Shown one piece after another: positions 48,633 through 58,961 of a stretch of DNA of 64,000 nt (its first letter is position 1; each line of letters starts with the position of its first letter). Below the pieces are notes generated by a model, which did no database searches, was not told where the DNA came from, and worked only from the letters and a program-made list of their open reading frames with translations. The stretch spans positions 128,001-192,000 of the forward strand of contig CAWKNZ010000007.1 in assembly GCA_963851265.1 (NCBI GenBank), read 5' to 3'. The DNA is from an uncultured Gemmatimonadales bacterium. Its GTDB lineage: Bacteria > Gemmatimonadota > Gemmatimonadetes > Gemmatimonadales > Gemmatimonadaceae. Made by a program: the position numbers and the translations under genes.

Positions 48633-49841
48633 ATGACTCCGACGTCTCTCGTACGGCGTGTGCCACAACTGGTGGCGCTCGCGTGCTTCGGCCTCGTCTC
48701 GCCGGCGCGCGAAGCGGTCGCGCAAAGTTCCGCGCCGCCTTCGGCCGCGGTGCCGGCTGCGGCGCCGCAGCCGGCTCTCACGACGCAGGTCGTCTCCGGC
48801 ACGATCCGCGGCGCGAACCACACGGTCGTCGTCGGCGCGCAGGTCACCATCACGCCGGTCGCCGCGCGCGGTGGGTCCCCGACCGCCGTCGCGCGCGCGA
48901 CGATGACGGACGACGACGGGCGCTTCCGCGTGCCCGGCGTGCCGACCGGGCTCGTCACGATCGCCGTCAAGCGAATCGGCTACAAGGCCGTCACGATCGA
49001 TACGATCGCGGGTCCGCTCCCGGCACTCGACATCGCGCTCGTGCCGGTCCCGCAGCGCCTCGCTGCCGTGGTCGTCCGCGAGCGGCGCCGCGCGACGCGG
49101 TACACGGGGCCGCTCGCCGACTTCAACCGCCGGCGCGACATGGGGTTCGGCCACTTCATCACGGCCACCGAGATCGACGAGCGACACCCGCTGCGCACGA
49201 CGGACCTGTTGCGCATGGTGCCCGGCGTGAACGTGGTCGGGGCCGGACCGCTCAACTCGATTCGGCTGCGCAACGCGTCGTGTCCACCGCTCGTCTGGCT
49301 CGACGGCATGCCCGCGCTCTCGGGCTACCTCGACCCCGACTCTTTCGACCCGGCGTCGTTCGGCGGCATCGAGGTCTACACGGGCGTCGCGACCGTTCCC
49401 GTCGAACTGCGCGGCACGCGGGGCGAGGAATCGTGCGGCGTGATCGCGCTCTGGTCGCGCCTGCCCGACCTGCGCCCGAAGAAGTCCGGGCGCACGTACA
49501 CCGCGGCCGACCTCGAGCGCCTCGTCGACGCCGCGACGGTCTATACCGCCGACCAGGTGGACCGCCCCGCGCGCCTCGACTCGACGGCAACCCTGGCGGT
49601 GACCTACCCCGACTCGTTGCGCAACACGCACACGCCCGGCGAGGCGACCGTCGAGTTCGTGGTCGACACGACCGGCGCGGTCGAGGTCGCGACGGTCGGC
49701 GTGGTCGCGGCGTCGCACCCGCGGTTCGCCGACGCGGCGCGCCTCGCCGCGAACGACGCGCGCTTCATCCCCGCGGAGCGCGGCGGGCACACGGTGCGGC
49801 AGCTCGTGCAGCTGCCGCTACGCTGGGAAACGGGCCGGTAG
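48633..49841 (+). CDS. Secreted protein: carboxypeptidase-regulatory-like + TonB plug-like + TonB C-terminal domain
   Basis: TDDDGRFRV..KRIGY; FITATEI..DLLRMVPGV..WLDG..IEVY..CGVIALW; YPDSLR..EFVVDTTG..RFIPA..VRQLVQLP. Confidence 0.75.
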   Translation: MTPTSLVRRVPQLVALACFGLVSPAREAVAQSSAPPSAAVPAAAPQPALTTQVVSGTIRGANHTVVVGAQVTITPVAARGGSPTAVARATMTDDDGRFRVPGVPTGLVTIAVKRIGYKAVTIDTIAGPLPALDIALVPVPQRLAAVVVRERRRATRYTGPLADFNRRRDMGFGHFITATEIDERHPLRTTDLLRMVPGVNVVGAGPLNSIRLRNASCPPLVWLDGMPALSGYLDPDSFDPASFGGIEVYTGVATVPVELRGTRGEESCGVIALWSRLPDLRPKKSGRTYTAADLERLVDAATVYTADQVDRPARLDSTATLAVTYPDSLRNTHTPGEATVEFVVDTTGAVEVATVGVVAASHPRFADAARLAANDARFIPAERGGHTVRQLVQLPLRWETGR

Positions 49842-49922
49842 ACGAGCGCGCCCGCCGTCGCGGCGTCCCACACGGCGGCGGGTCGACGCGACGGCGGGCG
49901 CGCTCGCGCGTCCCGCTGCGCC

Positions 49923-51932
49923 TCAGGTGTCCTTCAACGTCGCCAGCAGCGTGTCGTTGTTGGGCGTGTTCGCGATGCGCTTGGTGAGCCAGTTCATCGC
50001 GGCCGAGGGCGGGAGCGATTGGAGCCCGCGGCGCAGAAGGTAGACCGCGTCGAGCTGATCGGGGCGGAAGAGCTTGTCCTCGCGCCGCGTCCCGCTCGCC
50101 GGCACGTCGATCGCCGGGAAGATGCGCTGCTCGGCCAGATTGCGGTCGAGCTTGATCTCGCAGTTGCCGGTCCCCTTGAACTCCTCGAAGATCACGTCGT
50201 CCATGCGTGAGCCCGTCTCGACGAGCGCCGTGCCGATGATCGTGATCGACCCGCCGCCGTGCGAGGCCGCGACCGAGCGCGCCGAGCCGAAGAACGCCTT
50301 CGGCACCGCCATCGCCTGCGCGTCGAGGCCGCCGGACAACGTCCGCCCGATGCCCTTGGTCGCGTTGAACGCGCGCGCCATCCGGGTGATCGAGTCGAGC
50401 ACGATGACCACGTCCTTGCCCGCCTCGACGAGGCGTTGGGCGCGGTGCATCACCATGGTCACCACGTCGCGGTGACGCTCGGCGGGCATGTCGAACGAGC
50501 TCGCGACCACCTCGCCGAAACCACATGCGACCATCTCGCTCACCTCCTCCGGCCGCTCGTCGACGAGGAGGAGGATGAGTTCCGCGTCTGGGTGGTTGAG
50601 CGCGACCCCCTCGACGATGTTCTGCAGCAGGATCGTCTTGCCCGACCGCGCCGGCGCCACGATCAGCGCGCGCTGTCCAAATCCGATCGGCGCGATGAGG
50701 TCGATGATGCGCCGCGTCAACTCGGGCCCGCTCTTCGCGACCTTGCCCGTCTCGAGCGTCAGCTTGCGTTCGGGATAGGTGGCGAGGAGCTGCTGGAAGT
50801 CCGGGCGCTTCACGCCGGGCTGTGGCGGCGCGCCGTTCACGGTGCGCACCTCGACCACGACCGGGCGCTGCCGGAAGTCGCGTCCGGCCCCGACCACCAC
50901 GCCGTCGCCGGCGCGCAGGTTGTTGGCGCGCACCATCCCGACCGGAAGAAACGGGTCGTTCGGACCGACGAGGTAGCTGTTGGCGGCCTGCCGCACGAAG
51001 CCGCTTCCGTCACGCGCGAGCTCGACCCAACCGGTGATTTCGATATCGGCAACGAGCGCGGGGACCGGGCGCTGCTCGCGGAACTCCGCACCCCCGTTGT
51101 TGCCCGCGTTCCCCTCACGGAACCGCCCACGCTGGCGCTGGCGCTGGCGACGGCCACCGCCGCCACCCTCGAAGAACTCGCGGCGCGGCTGCTGGCCACC
51201 TTGCGCGTCCGGACTGGCATGCGCGCCATTCGAGCGCTCGTGAGCCCGGTCGTGCGGCGGCCGTTCCTGCTGCGCTGCCCGATCCGGCTGTCGATCCGGT
51301 CGGTCGAAGCGTTCGTGCCGCGGATGCCGCCCGTCGTGGCGGCCGTCGCGTCGCCCGTCCTGACGTCCATCCGAACGCCCGTCGTGTCGCGCGTGCGGAC
51401 GGCCCGGCCCGTCCTGCGGCCGCGGCGTGTGAGGCGGAGGCGAGGCAGGGGCCGGCGCGGCAGGCGCTGCGAGCGCCGCCGCGGCGATCGCGTCTCCCGA
51501 CTCTACGCGCGGCGGCGACGTCGGCGTTTGCACGACCGACGGCTCGGCGGGCGCAGGCGGCGCGACGGGGGACTCGGGTGCGGTCGGCGCCGCGGAGCTC
51601 GGCGCACCGCTTGGTGCGCCGTCGTGATTCGCTTCCCCATTCGCGTTCGCGCCCTCGGCGTCGTCCGCGACGCGCGCGGCGCGCGGTCGACGGGCCGGGC
51701 GCGGCGACCGCGCCGGTCGCGTCGCGGGTGCGGACGCGTCGTCCACCCCGGGCTCGCTCGCGGGGCCGCCGGGCGCTGCGGGTGCGGGCGCCGCGGCCGC
51801 GCTCACGGTCGGTGGGGCGGCGATCACGGCCGCGTCGTCGTCCCGGTAGGGATTGAGGTCCAGGCCCTCGGCGGACGGCTGGTCGGCCACGGCTTGCGTG
51901 CGCCGCCGCGACGGACGACGGGGTTCGGTCAT
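49923..51932 (-). CDS. rho: Transcription termination factor Rho with long disordered N-terminus
   Basis: GFVRQ..YL (RNA-binding domain), APIGFGQRALIVAPARSGKT, DERPEEV, LDSITR, ETGSRMDDVIFEEFKGTGN, SGTRRE. Confidence 0.95.
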   Translation of the reverse strand: MTEPRRPSRRRTQAVADQPSAEGLDLNPYRDDDAAVIAAPPTVSAAAAPAPAAPGGPASEPGVDDASAPATRPARSPRPARRPRAARVADDAEGANANGEANHDGAPSGAPSSAAPTAPESPVAPPAPAEPSVVQTPTSPPRVESGDAIAAAALAAPAAPAPASPPPHTPRPQDGPGRPHARHDGRSDGRQDGRRDGRHDGRHPRHERFDRPDRQPDRAAQQERPPHDRAHERSNGAHASPDAQGGQQPRREFFEGGGGGRRQRQRQRGRFREGNAGNNGGAEFREQRPVPALVADIEITGWVELARDGSGFVRQAANSYLVGPNDPFLPVGMVRANNLRAGDGVVVGAGRDFRQRPVVVEVRTVNGAPPQPGVKRPDFQQLLATYPERKLTLETGKVAKSGPELTRRIIDLIAPIGFGQRALIVAPARSGKTILLQNIVEGVALNHPDAELILLLVDERPEEVSEMVACGFGEVVASSFDMPAERHRDVVTMVMHRAQRLVEAGKDVVIVLDSITRMARAFNATKGIGRTLSGGLDAQAMAVPKAFFGSARSVAASHGGGSITIIGTALVETGSRMDDVIFEEFKGTGNCEIKLDRNLAEQRIFPAIDVPASGTRREDKLFRPDQLDAVYLLRRGLQSLPPSAAMNWLTKRIANTPNNDTLLATLKDT

Positions 51933-52542
51933 GCAGCAATCATGTGAAGGAGCGAAACGCGCCGCGCGTGACGTTCGGCAGCGGGTGAGCGACTCGCGCG
52001 GTGGCCGGACGACCACCTGCGGGGCGGCGTAGCCGGTCGGCTACGCGAACGGGCGATCGAGGCGTCTACAGAAGCCGCGGCCCACGACGGACACGCCGCG
52101 TCACACGCGGGCGCTTCCCAGGAAAAGATCTCGACTCGTGCCGGCGGACGAAGCGTCGGACATCGCCGCGGTCCGGCCGGGAATCGGCTACGAACCCACG
52201 GGAGAACAGAGGACAGTCGGGCGGCGCTCCGGCCGGTGGTAGCCTTCCGCCGTCGTCGGGCGCCGGTCGGGCACGCGTTCGGGCGACCACCAAAATCCAC
52301 GACTGCATCCGGCGGGCGTCCTGGGACGATCGCGACGTCGAATGCTCGTTCTCAACCGCGAGCGCTGGAAAAGTGACGAGTTGCGCACGGTCGCGCAACC
52401 CGCACGGCCACACAGCGACGCACATTCGCATACCCGCGCACCGCCCGATGGTGCCGCCACATCCCGACGAGTCTCCGCACGAGACGCAGACACGCGAGCG
52501 GCCGTCCTCCCCGTGCCGAACGGCCGTAACTTAGGCCGCATC

Positions 52543-53310
52543 ATGGGCACCACGTCTTCCCCGCACGCGCCCGACGTCGGCGCAACGCTCGCGGCGGCCG
52601 TCGCCGACATCGCGGCCCGCTACGAAGGTGACGCCAACGTCGCCGCACTCCACGAACGCCTCGCCGCCGCGATGGACGCCGCGGCTGCCGAATGGCCGCG
52701 CCACGCCCAACCGGCCGACGTCGCCTCGGCCGACCCCGCCTCGGCCGACCCGTCCTCGGGCCGCCCGCCGGCCTCCGGCCCATCCTCGGCCGGAATCGCC
52801 GCCGCCGCACTCGGGCGCGCGACGCCGCGCACGCTCGCCGATGCGCTCGTCGCGGCCGCGCGCCCGTTCGAGCAGGTCCCCGAGATCGCCGGCCCGCTGT
52901 ACGAGCGGGTCGTCGCGCTCCGCCCCGACGACGCGCGCGCGCTCGTCGTGCTCGGCAATGCGTACTGGCTCCACGGACGCGGCCCCGACGTCGTCGGCGA
53001 TCTCGCCGCGCGCGCGATCGCTGCCGACCCCGCGAGCCGCGGCGCGTGGCACCTCTGGGCGCTCACCGAAGCCGACCCGCGCCAGCGCATGTTGCGCTGG
53101 CAGCAGGTCACGGTCCGGTTCCCAACCGACGACCTCGCCCGCGCGCTCTTCGCCGACGCGGCGGCGAGCGTCGCCGGCGCCGAGCACGACGACGAGGCCC
53201 TCGTGCTCGCCGTCGACGCCTACGAACAGCTGCTCGCGCGCGCCGAACGTCCGGAGCAGCGCGCCGCGCTCGAAACCGCCCTCGACACGCTCCGGAAGTG
53301 GAAGCTGTGA
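52543..53310 (+). CDS. TPR-like helical protein
   Basis: YERVVALRPDDARALVVLGNAYW, AIAADP..AWHLWAL. Confidence 0.7.
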   Translation: MGTTSSPHAPDVGATLAAAVADIAARYEGDANVAALHERLAAAMDAAAAEWPRHAQPADVASADPASADPSSGRPPASGPSSAGIAAAALGRATPRTLADALVAAARPFEQVPEIAGPLYERVVALRPDDARALVVLGNAYWLHGRGPDVVGDLAARAIAADPASRGAWHLWALTEADPRQRMLRWQQVTVRFPTDDLARALFADAAASVAGAEHDDEALVLAVDAYEQLLARAERPEQRAALETALDTLRKWKL

Positions 53311-53385
53311 GCCGCGCCCGCCGCGCGCCACGTTAGGCAGACCGGCGCCCGGAGCGAGCGCCGCCGGGCGCGGCCGCCGCCGTGG

Positions 53386-54408
53386 TCACTTCACGAACCG
53401 CGAGTTCCCCTTCGCCATCCGCTCCAGCTGCGTCGGGATGTCGTTCCCGATCGCCTCGATGCGGTTGATGCTGTGCGCGTTGAACTGCGGATCGTACGGC
53501 GACCGCGCCGCGCCGCCCGCGACCTCCAGCACGGCCTCGAAGTGGTATGGGTGCGCCTTGCCCGTCTTCGGGTCGGTCCACGATCCCTGCCACGCGAGCG
53601 GGCGGTTCTTCGGCCAGAGCCCGTACGGCAGCGCCATCGTCCGGATGCGGTAGCCGGGCACGGCCGAATCGATCCCCATCGCGTTGCGCGCGATCTGCTC
53701 CTGCACCACGGCGTCCGAGTACTTGTTGAGCATCGCGTGCCACACCGTGTGGTCGCACAGCTCGAAGCCGTTCTTGGCGAGCCACTGCACCTTCGGGAAC
53801 CGCCACTCGCGGCGCTGCCCGTCGAACTTGGCCGGGTCCTTGGGCGGCGCGTCGCCGAAGAAGTTGTGGCCGGCCGCGCCGCCGTTCAGCAGGCAGTAGG
53901 TGCCGCGGAGCTTCCAGTCCGGGTGCCGCCGGTTGAAATCGACGAGCACGCCGGTCGCGCTGGTCGGGTCGATCTCGAGCCGTCCGCCGCGGTCGAGGTA
54001 GCGGAACTGCGAGGGCGACGCGTCGTCGAACACGAGCACGACCGGCGACATCCCGGCGGGCACGTCGCGGAAGTCCTTGTCGAGCATCTGCGCCACGGTG
54101 ATCGGCCGGTAGCCGAGGCGGTAGGCGGTCTCGAGGTCGCTCTTGAAGCTGTCGAGGGTGCGCGAGTAGAGCGTGTTCTTGGGCGCGCCGATCACGTGAT
54201 ACTCGAGCACCGGGATGCGACCCTGCGGGTTGGCGACCCCGGCGGCGGTGGAGGGCACGTCGCCGCCGCGTGCGGCGGACGGCGTGACCGGGCGCGCATC
54301 GGCCGATGGCTGGCCGCACGCGGCGAGCACGCCGGCGGCGGTGGCGGACAGAAAGAGGGCTGCCGTGCGGCGGATGGCGCGCGGCGCGAACGGGAATCGG
54401 GCGGGCAT
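53386..54408 (-). CDS. Polysaccharide deacetylase family lipoprotein
   Basis: Lipobox LAAC; PVLEYH, LVFDD, ELCDHTVWH, ALPYG. Confidence 0.85.
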   Translation of the reverse strand: MPARFPFAPRAIRRTAALFLSATAAGVLAACGQPSADARPVTPSAARGGDVPSTAAGVANPQGRIPVLEYHVIGAPKNTLYSRTLDSFKSDLETAYRLGYRPITVAQMLDKDFRDVPAGMSPVVLVFDDASPSQFRYLDRGGRLEIDPTSATGVLVDFNRRHPDWKLRGTYCLLNGGAAGHNFFGDAPPKDPAKFDGQRREWRFPKVQWLAKNGFELCDHTVWHAMLNKYSDAVVQEQIARNAMGIDSAVPGYRIRTMALPYGLWPKNRPLAWQGSWTDPKTGKAHPYHFEAVLEVAGGAARSPYDPQFNAHSINRIEAIGNDIPTQLERMAKGNSRFVK

Positions 54409-54580
54409 CGGGTGCTGCGGCTGCGATACGGGGCGTGAGCGAGGGGCGCCGCGGGGTAGGGCGCGGCGCATCGGGCTCGCACAAGTGTAGCGCCGTGAGG
54501 CGGCCCGGACCGGGCGCCTGCCGAACGCCTGAAACTCTCGGGGCGTCGTGGCGTAACGCGTGCGTCGCCTCGCGTCACTC

Positions 54581-56812
54581 ATGGCCGTTTCCGCTCCGCC
54601 TCGACCTCCCGCACCACACGTAGCGCCCGTGCCACCGGCCGCGCCGCCCCATCCTCCCGGGTGGTGGCGCGAGCGCCGGGACCGACTGCGCGCGCGCCTG
54701 CGCCCCCCGCCGGGCCGGTCGCAGTGGGGCCGGCGTCACTGGTTGCTCATCCCCGCGCTGCTCGCGCTCATCGCGGCCGTGTGGGCCGGCGACGCGTGGG
54801 TGCTCACGTGCGGCTTCGAGGGCTGTCCGAGCGCGGCGGACATCCGCGCCTTCCGCCCCAGCGAGGGCGGGCGCATCCTCGACCGGTCGGGACAGCTGAT
54901 GGGACGGGTGCGCCTCGTGCGCCGCGTCAACGTGCCGCTCGCTGCGGTGCCGCCCGCGGTCCGCAACGCCTTCGTCGCGGTCGAGGATCGCCGCTTCTAC
55001 GAGCACCGCGGCGTGGACTGGCGGGGCGGCGTGCGCGCCCTCGTCGCCAACCTGCGCGCCGGCGGCGTGCGCGAGGGCTTCAGCACGATCACGATGCAGG
55101 TGGTGCGCAACACCTTCGCGGTCGAGCGGCAGGGCGAACGCTCGGTGCGCCGCAAGCTGCTCGAGCTGCGCCTCTCCCGGCTGCTCGAGGGCACGCTCAC
55201 CAAGGACCAGATCCTCGAGCTCTACCTGAACGTCATCTACCTCGGCAACGGCGTGTACGGGGTCGAGGCGGCGAGCCGCGACCTGTTCGGGCGGAGCGTC
55301 GGGCAGCTCACGCTCGCGCAGGCGGCCACCCTCGCCGCGCTTCCCAAAGGTCCGAGCGCGTACACGCCCCGGCGCTTTCCGGCGCGCGCGCGGCGGCGGC
55401 GCGACCTCGTGCTCTCGCGCATGGCGCGCGACGGCTACGTGAGCGAGGACGCCGCGCGGCGGGCGATGGTCGAACCGGTGCGCGTGACGCGCGACGGTTG
55501 GACGCCCGAGGGGCAGGGCAACTCGTACGCGCTCGACGCGGTGCGGCAGATGGTCGACTCGATCAAGGAGGCGAGCGGAATCGAGTCGAACGACCTGATT
55601 GTCACGACCACGCTCGACGCGGTCGCGCAGGGCGCGGCCGAGCGCGCGGTGCGACGCCGGGCCGCCGCGATCGGCCCGGACGTCGAAGGCGCAATGGTGG
55701 CGATCGACCCGCGCACCGGCGCCGTGCGCGCGCTCGTCGGCGGCGTCGAGTCGGGCGACGACTACGCGCGTGGCAGCTTCAACCGCGCCACCGGCGCGCA
55801 CCGACAGCCGGGGTCCGCGTTCAAGCCGTTCGTCTACGCGACCGCCCTTGCCGCGGGCATGACGCCGGCCACGCAGGTCGACGACGAGCCGATCACGATC
55901 GACCTCGGCCACGGGCAGGTCTGGCGACCCGGGAACTCCGAAGGCCACTACCTCGGCGAGACCACGCTGCGCGAGGCCCTCGCGCATTCGGCGAACGGCG
56001 CGACCGTGCGCGTCGCCGAGCGGATCGGCGAGCCCAAGATCATCCAGACCGCGCGCGCCGACGGCATCGTGAGCCCGCTTCCGGCGGTGCCGTCGATGGT
56101 ACTCGGCTCGGTCGAGGTGACGCCGATGGAGCTGGTCACCGCGTACGCGCCGTTCGCGAACGGCGGGTTCCGCGTCGCGCCCCGGCTCGTCGCGCGCGTG
56201 GCGACCGTCGACGGAATGGTGCTCTGGACGGGCGACGTGCGTCGCACCGCGGCCATGGACCCGCGCGACGCGTTCCTGCTCACCTCGATGCTGCGGTCCG
56301 TGGTCCAGGAGGGCACCGGGCGCGCGGTGATCGACGCCGGGGTGCGCGACCCCGTCGCCGGCAAGACGGGCACGACCAACGACGGCGCCGACGTCTGGTT
56401 CGTCGGCTACACGCCGTCGCTCGTCGCGGGGTTCTGGTTCGGCGCGGACGACCCGCGTCCGTTAGGCGCCGGCGCCACGGGCGGCCGGCTGGCGGCGCCG
56501 GCGTGGGCCGACTTCTACCTGACGGGCTGGCACGAGCGTGCCGGCGATTGGACGCCGCCGGCGGGGCTCGTGCGGCGCAAGATCGACGCCGACAACGGCT
56601 ACCTCGCCAACACGTACTGCCCGACCGTGCGCGACGAGTGGTTCAAGGCCGGGACCGAGCCCACCGAGGTGTGCCCGGTCCACAGCGCGCCCCCGGAGCC
56701 GGCGGCCAGCGACTCGGTGCCGAGCGATCAGGGCCCGCCGCCGGTGATCGAGGACGTGAAGAAGGCCGGGTCCGCGGTGGGCCGCTTCTTCAAGCACCTG
56801 TTCAAGTTCTAG
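54581..56812 (+). CDS. Class A penicillin-binding protein (PBP1A family)
   Basis: EDRRFYEH, GFSTITMQ, RKLLE, YLNVIYLG; SAFK, SAN, KTG motifs. Confidence 0.93.
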   Translation: MAVSAPPRPPAPHVAPVPPAAPPHPPGWWRERRDRLRARLRPPPGRSQWGRRHWLLIPALLALIAAVWAGDAWVLTCGFEGCPSAADIRAFRPSEGGRILDRSGQLMGRVRLVRRVNVPLAAVPPAVRNAFVAVEDRRFYEHRGVDWRGGVRALVANLRAGGVREGFSTITMQVVRNTFAVERQGERSVRRKLLELRLSRLLEGTLTKDQILELYLNVIYLGNGVYGVEAASRDLFGRSVGQLTLAQAATLAALPKGPSAYTPRRFPARARRRRDLVLSRMARDGYVSEDAARRAMVEPVRVTRDGWTPEGQGNSYALDAVRQMVDSIKEASGIESNDLIVTTTLDAVAQGAAERAVRRRAAAIGPDVEGAMVAIDPRTGAVRALVGGVESGDDYARGSFNRATGAHRQPGSAFKPFVYATALAAGMTPATQVDDEPITIDLGHGQVWRPGNSEGHYLGETTLREALAHSANGATVRVAERIGEPKIIQTARADGIVSPLPAVPSMVLGSVEVTPMELVTAYAPFANGGFRVAPRLVARVATVDGMVLWTGDVRRTAAMDPRDAFLLTSMLRSVVQEGTGRAVIDAGVRDPVAGKTGTTNDGADVWFVGYTPSLVAGFWFGADDPRPLGAGATGGRLAAPAWADFYLTGWHERAGDWTPPAGLVRRKIDADNGYLANTYCPTVRDEWFKAGTEPTEVCPVHSAPPEPAASDSVPSDQGPPPVIEDVKKAGSAVGRFFKHLFKF

Positions 56813-57120
56813 CGAACCGCCACGCCGCCGGACGGGTGCGCGGCACCGTCCGGCGGGCCGGCGACTTCGGGCGGGGGGAACCGCCCCATCGCGTGGGCGC
56901 ACATGACGGCCCCGACGCAGACGAGCAGGATCCCGTGAAACACGGCCAGGCCTCCCGTCTCCCGCACGTACACGGGCTTCGCGAACGGCCAGCGGCTGCG
57001 CACGTCGCTCATGTCCCGCCGCACGAACCCGTAATAGCAGCCCGAAACGATACACCACGCGCCTAACGGACCGCAGAGGTACGGCCGTTCGAAGATGACG
57101 TCCGCGAGCCGATGGATCAT
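56809..57120 (-). CDS. Small hypothetical membrane protein
   Basis: Two hydrophobic segments; last gene of the minus-strand run. Confidence 0.5.
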   Translation of the reverse strand: MIHRLADVIFERPYLCGPLGAWCIVSGCYYGFVRRDMSDVRSRWPFAKPVYVRETGGLAVFHGILLVCVGAVMCAHAMGRFPPPEVAGPPDGAAHPSGGVAVR

Positions 57121-57177
57121 GCCCGCCGGACGACCGCGCGGGCGCGACCGCAACGCGTCGCCGGCGACGGCGCCGCG

Positions 57178-58128
57178 TCAGGTCGGGCCGCGTGCCGGGG
57201 GCGGCTCGGCTGCGGGCGGCGGCGGAGGCCCCACCGCGACGAAGGCGTCGCGCGCCATGCGATAGCGCAGCGGCGCGATCATCGGCACGAGCTCGCCGTC
57301 GATCGCGACCCGGCCGCGGGGCCGCCGCAGGCGGATCTCGCACGCGTCGACGAGGGCCACGTCGACGGCGTCGCTCTCCGCCGCGACGCTCTCGAGACCC
57401 TCGACCGCCGCCCGCGCCGCGAGGGCGAGCACGCGCGCCCGCGTCGAGGCGCGGACGACGACCACGTGGAGCGCACGGGCGCCGCCCGCCACGCGCGCGC
57501 CGTGCCCCGCGGCGGTGAAGTCGCGCTCGCCCACGCCGAGGAAGACGAGCGGGCTCTCCGCATACTGGTGCGTCGGGTCCTCGCCGCGCTCGCCCTCGCG
57601 GATGGTCACCGTGAAGCCGTGTAGCCCGGCCCACGTCCGCCCCGCTGCGAGAATGCTCGCCAAGCGGTACCCCGACCATCGTTCGAGGCGCTCGCGCGTC
57701 CGCACGAACGTGACGTACGCGCCGACCGCGCTCGTGTTCAGGATCGCGTGGTCGTTCACGTACGCGAGGTCGGCCGGGCGCGCCGCGCCCTCGGCGGCAA
57801 TCGCGAGGCATGCGGCCGCGTCGGAGGCCGGGAGGCCCAGGTCGACGGCGAAGTGGTTCAGCGTCCCGCCCGGCAGGATCGCCAGCTCCTGCCGGGTCTC
57901 GGCGGCGACGGCGGCGGCGGTCGCGACGGTGCCGTCGCCCCCCGACACGAGCACGCGCGCGTGCCCCGCGCCGGCGGCCGCGCGCATCGCCGCGCCTAAC
58001 GCCGAGGGGTCGACCTCGCGCAGCGCGAAGCGCGCGTCGGCGCCGATCGCGGTGCGCGCGGCGTCGGCGCTCCCGCCGCGCGGGTTGACGAACGCGGGCA
58101 CGACGCCGTCCGGCACCGGGGCGGTCAC
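57178..58128 (-). CDS. Diacylglycerol kinase-like lipid kinase
   Basis: VNPRGG, GGDGT, LPGGTLNHFA, IDGE. Confidence 0.88.
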   Translation of the reverse strand: MTAPVPDGVVPAFVNPRGGSADAARTAIGADARFALREVDPSALGAAMRAAAGAGHARVLVSGGDGTVATAAAVAAETRQELAILPGGTLNHFAVDLGLPASDAAACLAIAAEGAARPADLAYVNDHAILNTSAVGAYVTFVRTRERLERWSGYRLASILAAGRTWAGLHGFTVTIREGERGEDPTHQYAESPLVFLGVGERDFTAAGHGARVAGGARALHVVVVRASTRARVLALAARAAVEGLESVAAESDAVDVALVDACEIRLRRPRGRVAIDGELVPMIAPLRYRMARDAFVAVGPPPPPAAEPPPARGPT

Positions 58129-58961
58129 GCCGGCCCCCGGTCCGCCAGCTGCTCGGCGGAGGTGAAGAACGCGGCGCGGTACCGCCGCACGACCACCGAC
58201 GCGGTCGCCGCCGTCGCGCCCGCGAGCATGAACACGACGACGAGTTGGTAGCGCACCGCGAGCAGGGGTGATTGTCCCGCGAGGATTTGACCGGTCATCA
58301 TGCCTGGCAATTGCACGATCCCGACCACCGCCAGGGCGTTCGCCGCCGGCAGGAGCGCGGCCGTCATCGCCTGCCGCGACGCCTCCGCCGTCGCCTGCGC
58401 GGGCGACGCGCCGAGCGCGAGCCACGCCTCGACCTCGCCGCGGCGCAGCTGCAGCTCGCTCGCGAGGCGCTCCGCCGCGAGCGCGGCGCCGTTCATCGCG
58501 TTTCCCAGGATCATCCCGAACAGCGGGATGAGGTAGCGGGCGTCGTACCACGGGCGCACGCGGAGCACGACCGCGTCGACGTAGGCGAGCGTGAGCCCCG
58601 CGCCGAGCAGGAGCGCGAGCCCACTCGCCTGCACCAGCGCGCCGCGCCGCCCGCCGCCCGCTGCCTCGCCGCCCAGCTTCGGCCGCGACGACGCGGTGTA
58701 CGTCGCGGCCGCGAGCATCGCCGCGAGCGCGATCACGACGAGCCACCACTGGTCGGTGGCGAACAGCCCGGTGAGCACGTATCCGACGGCGACGAGCTGC
58801 ACAGTCGCGCGCACGGCGCCGACCGCGAACCGGCGCGCGAGCCCGAGGCGCTCCCAGCGCGCGATCGCGACGGCGACGAGGACGAGCGCGGCCGCCAACG
58901 CCAGCGCCGGCCACGGCACGTCGAGTGGGCCGGCGTTCGCCGCCGCGCCGCGCGCGATCAC
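58125..58961 (-). CDS. fetB: Iron-export ABC permease FetB (YbbM/UPF0014)
   Basis: RATVQL..GY, IPLFGMILGNAM, LALGA, GIVQLPGMMTGQILAG..AVRYQ. Confidence 0.88.
   Translation of the reverse strand: MIARGAAANAGPLDVPWPALALAAALVLVAVAIARWERLGLARRFAVGAVRATVQLVAVGYVLTGLFATDQWWLVVIALAAMLAAATYTASSRPKLGGEAAGGGRRGALVQASGLALLLGAGLTLAYVDAVVLRVRPWYDARYLIPLFGMILGNAMNGAALAAERLASELQLRRGEVEAWLALGASPAQATAEASRQAMTAALLPAANALAVVGIVQLPGMMTGQILAGQSPLLAVRYQLVVVFMLAGATAATASVVVRRYRAAFFTSAEQLADRGPA

Noticed and set aside
52700..52800. Short coding repeats (ADPAS in the TPR-like protein; a 12-bp repeat near 18190)
   Set aside because: Ordinary low-complexity linker duplications.
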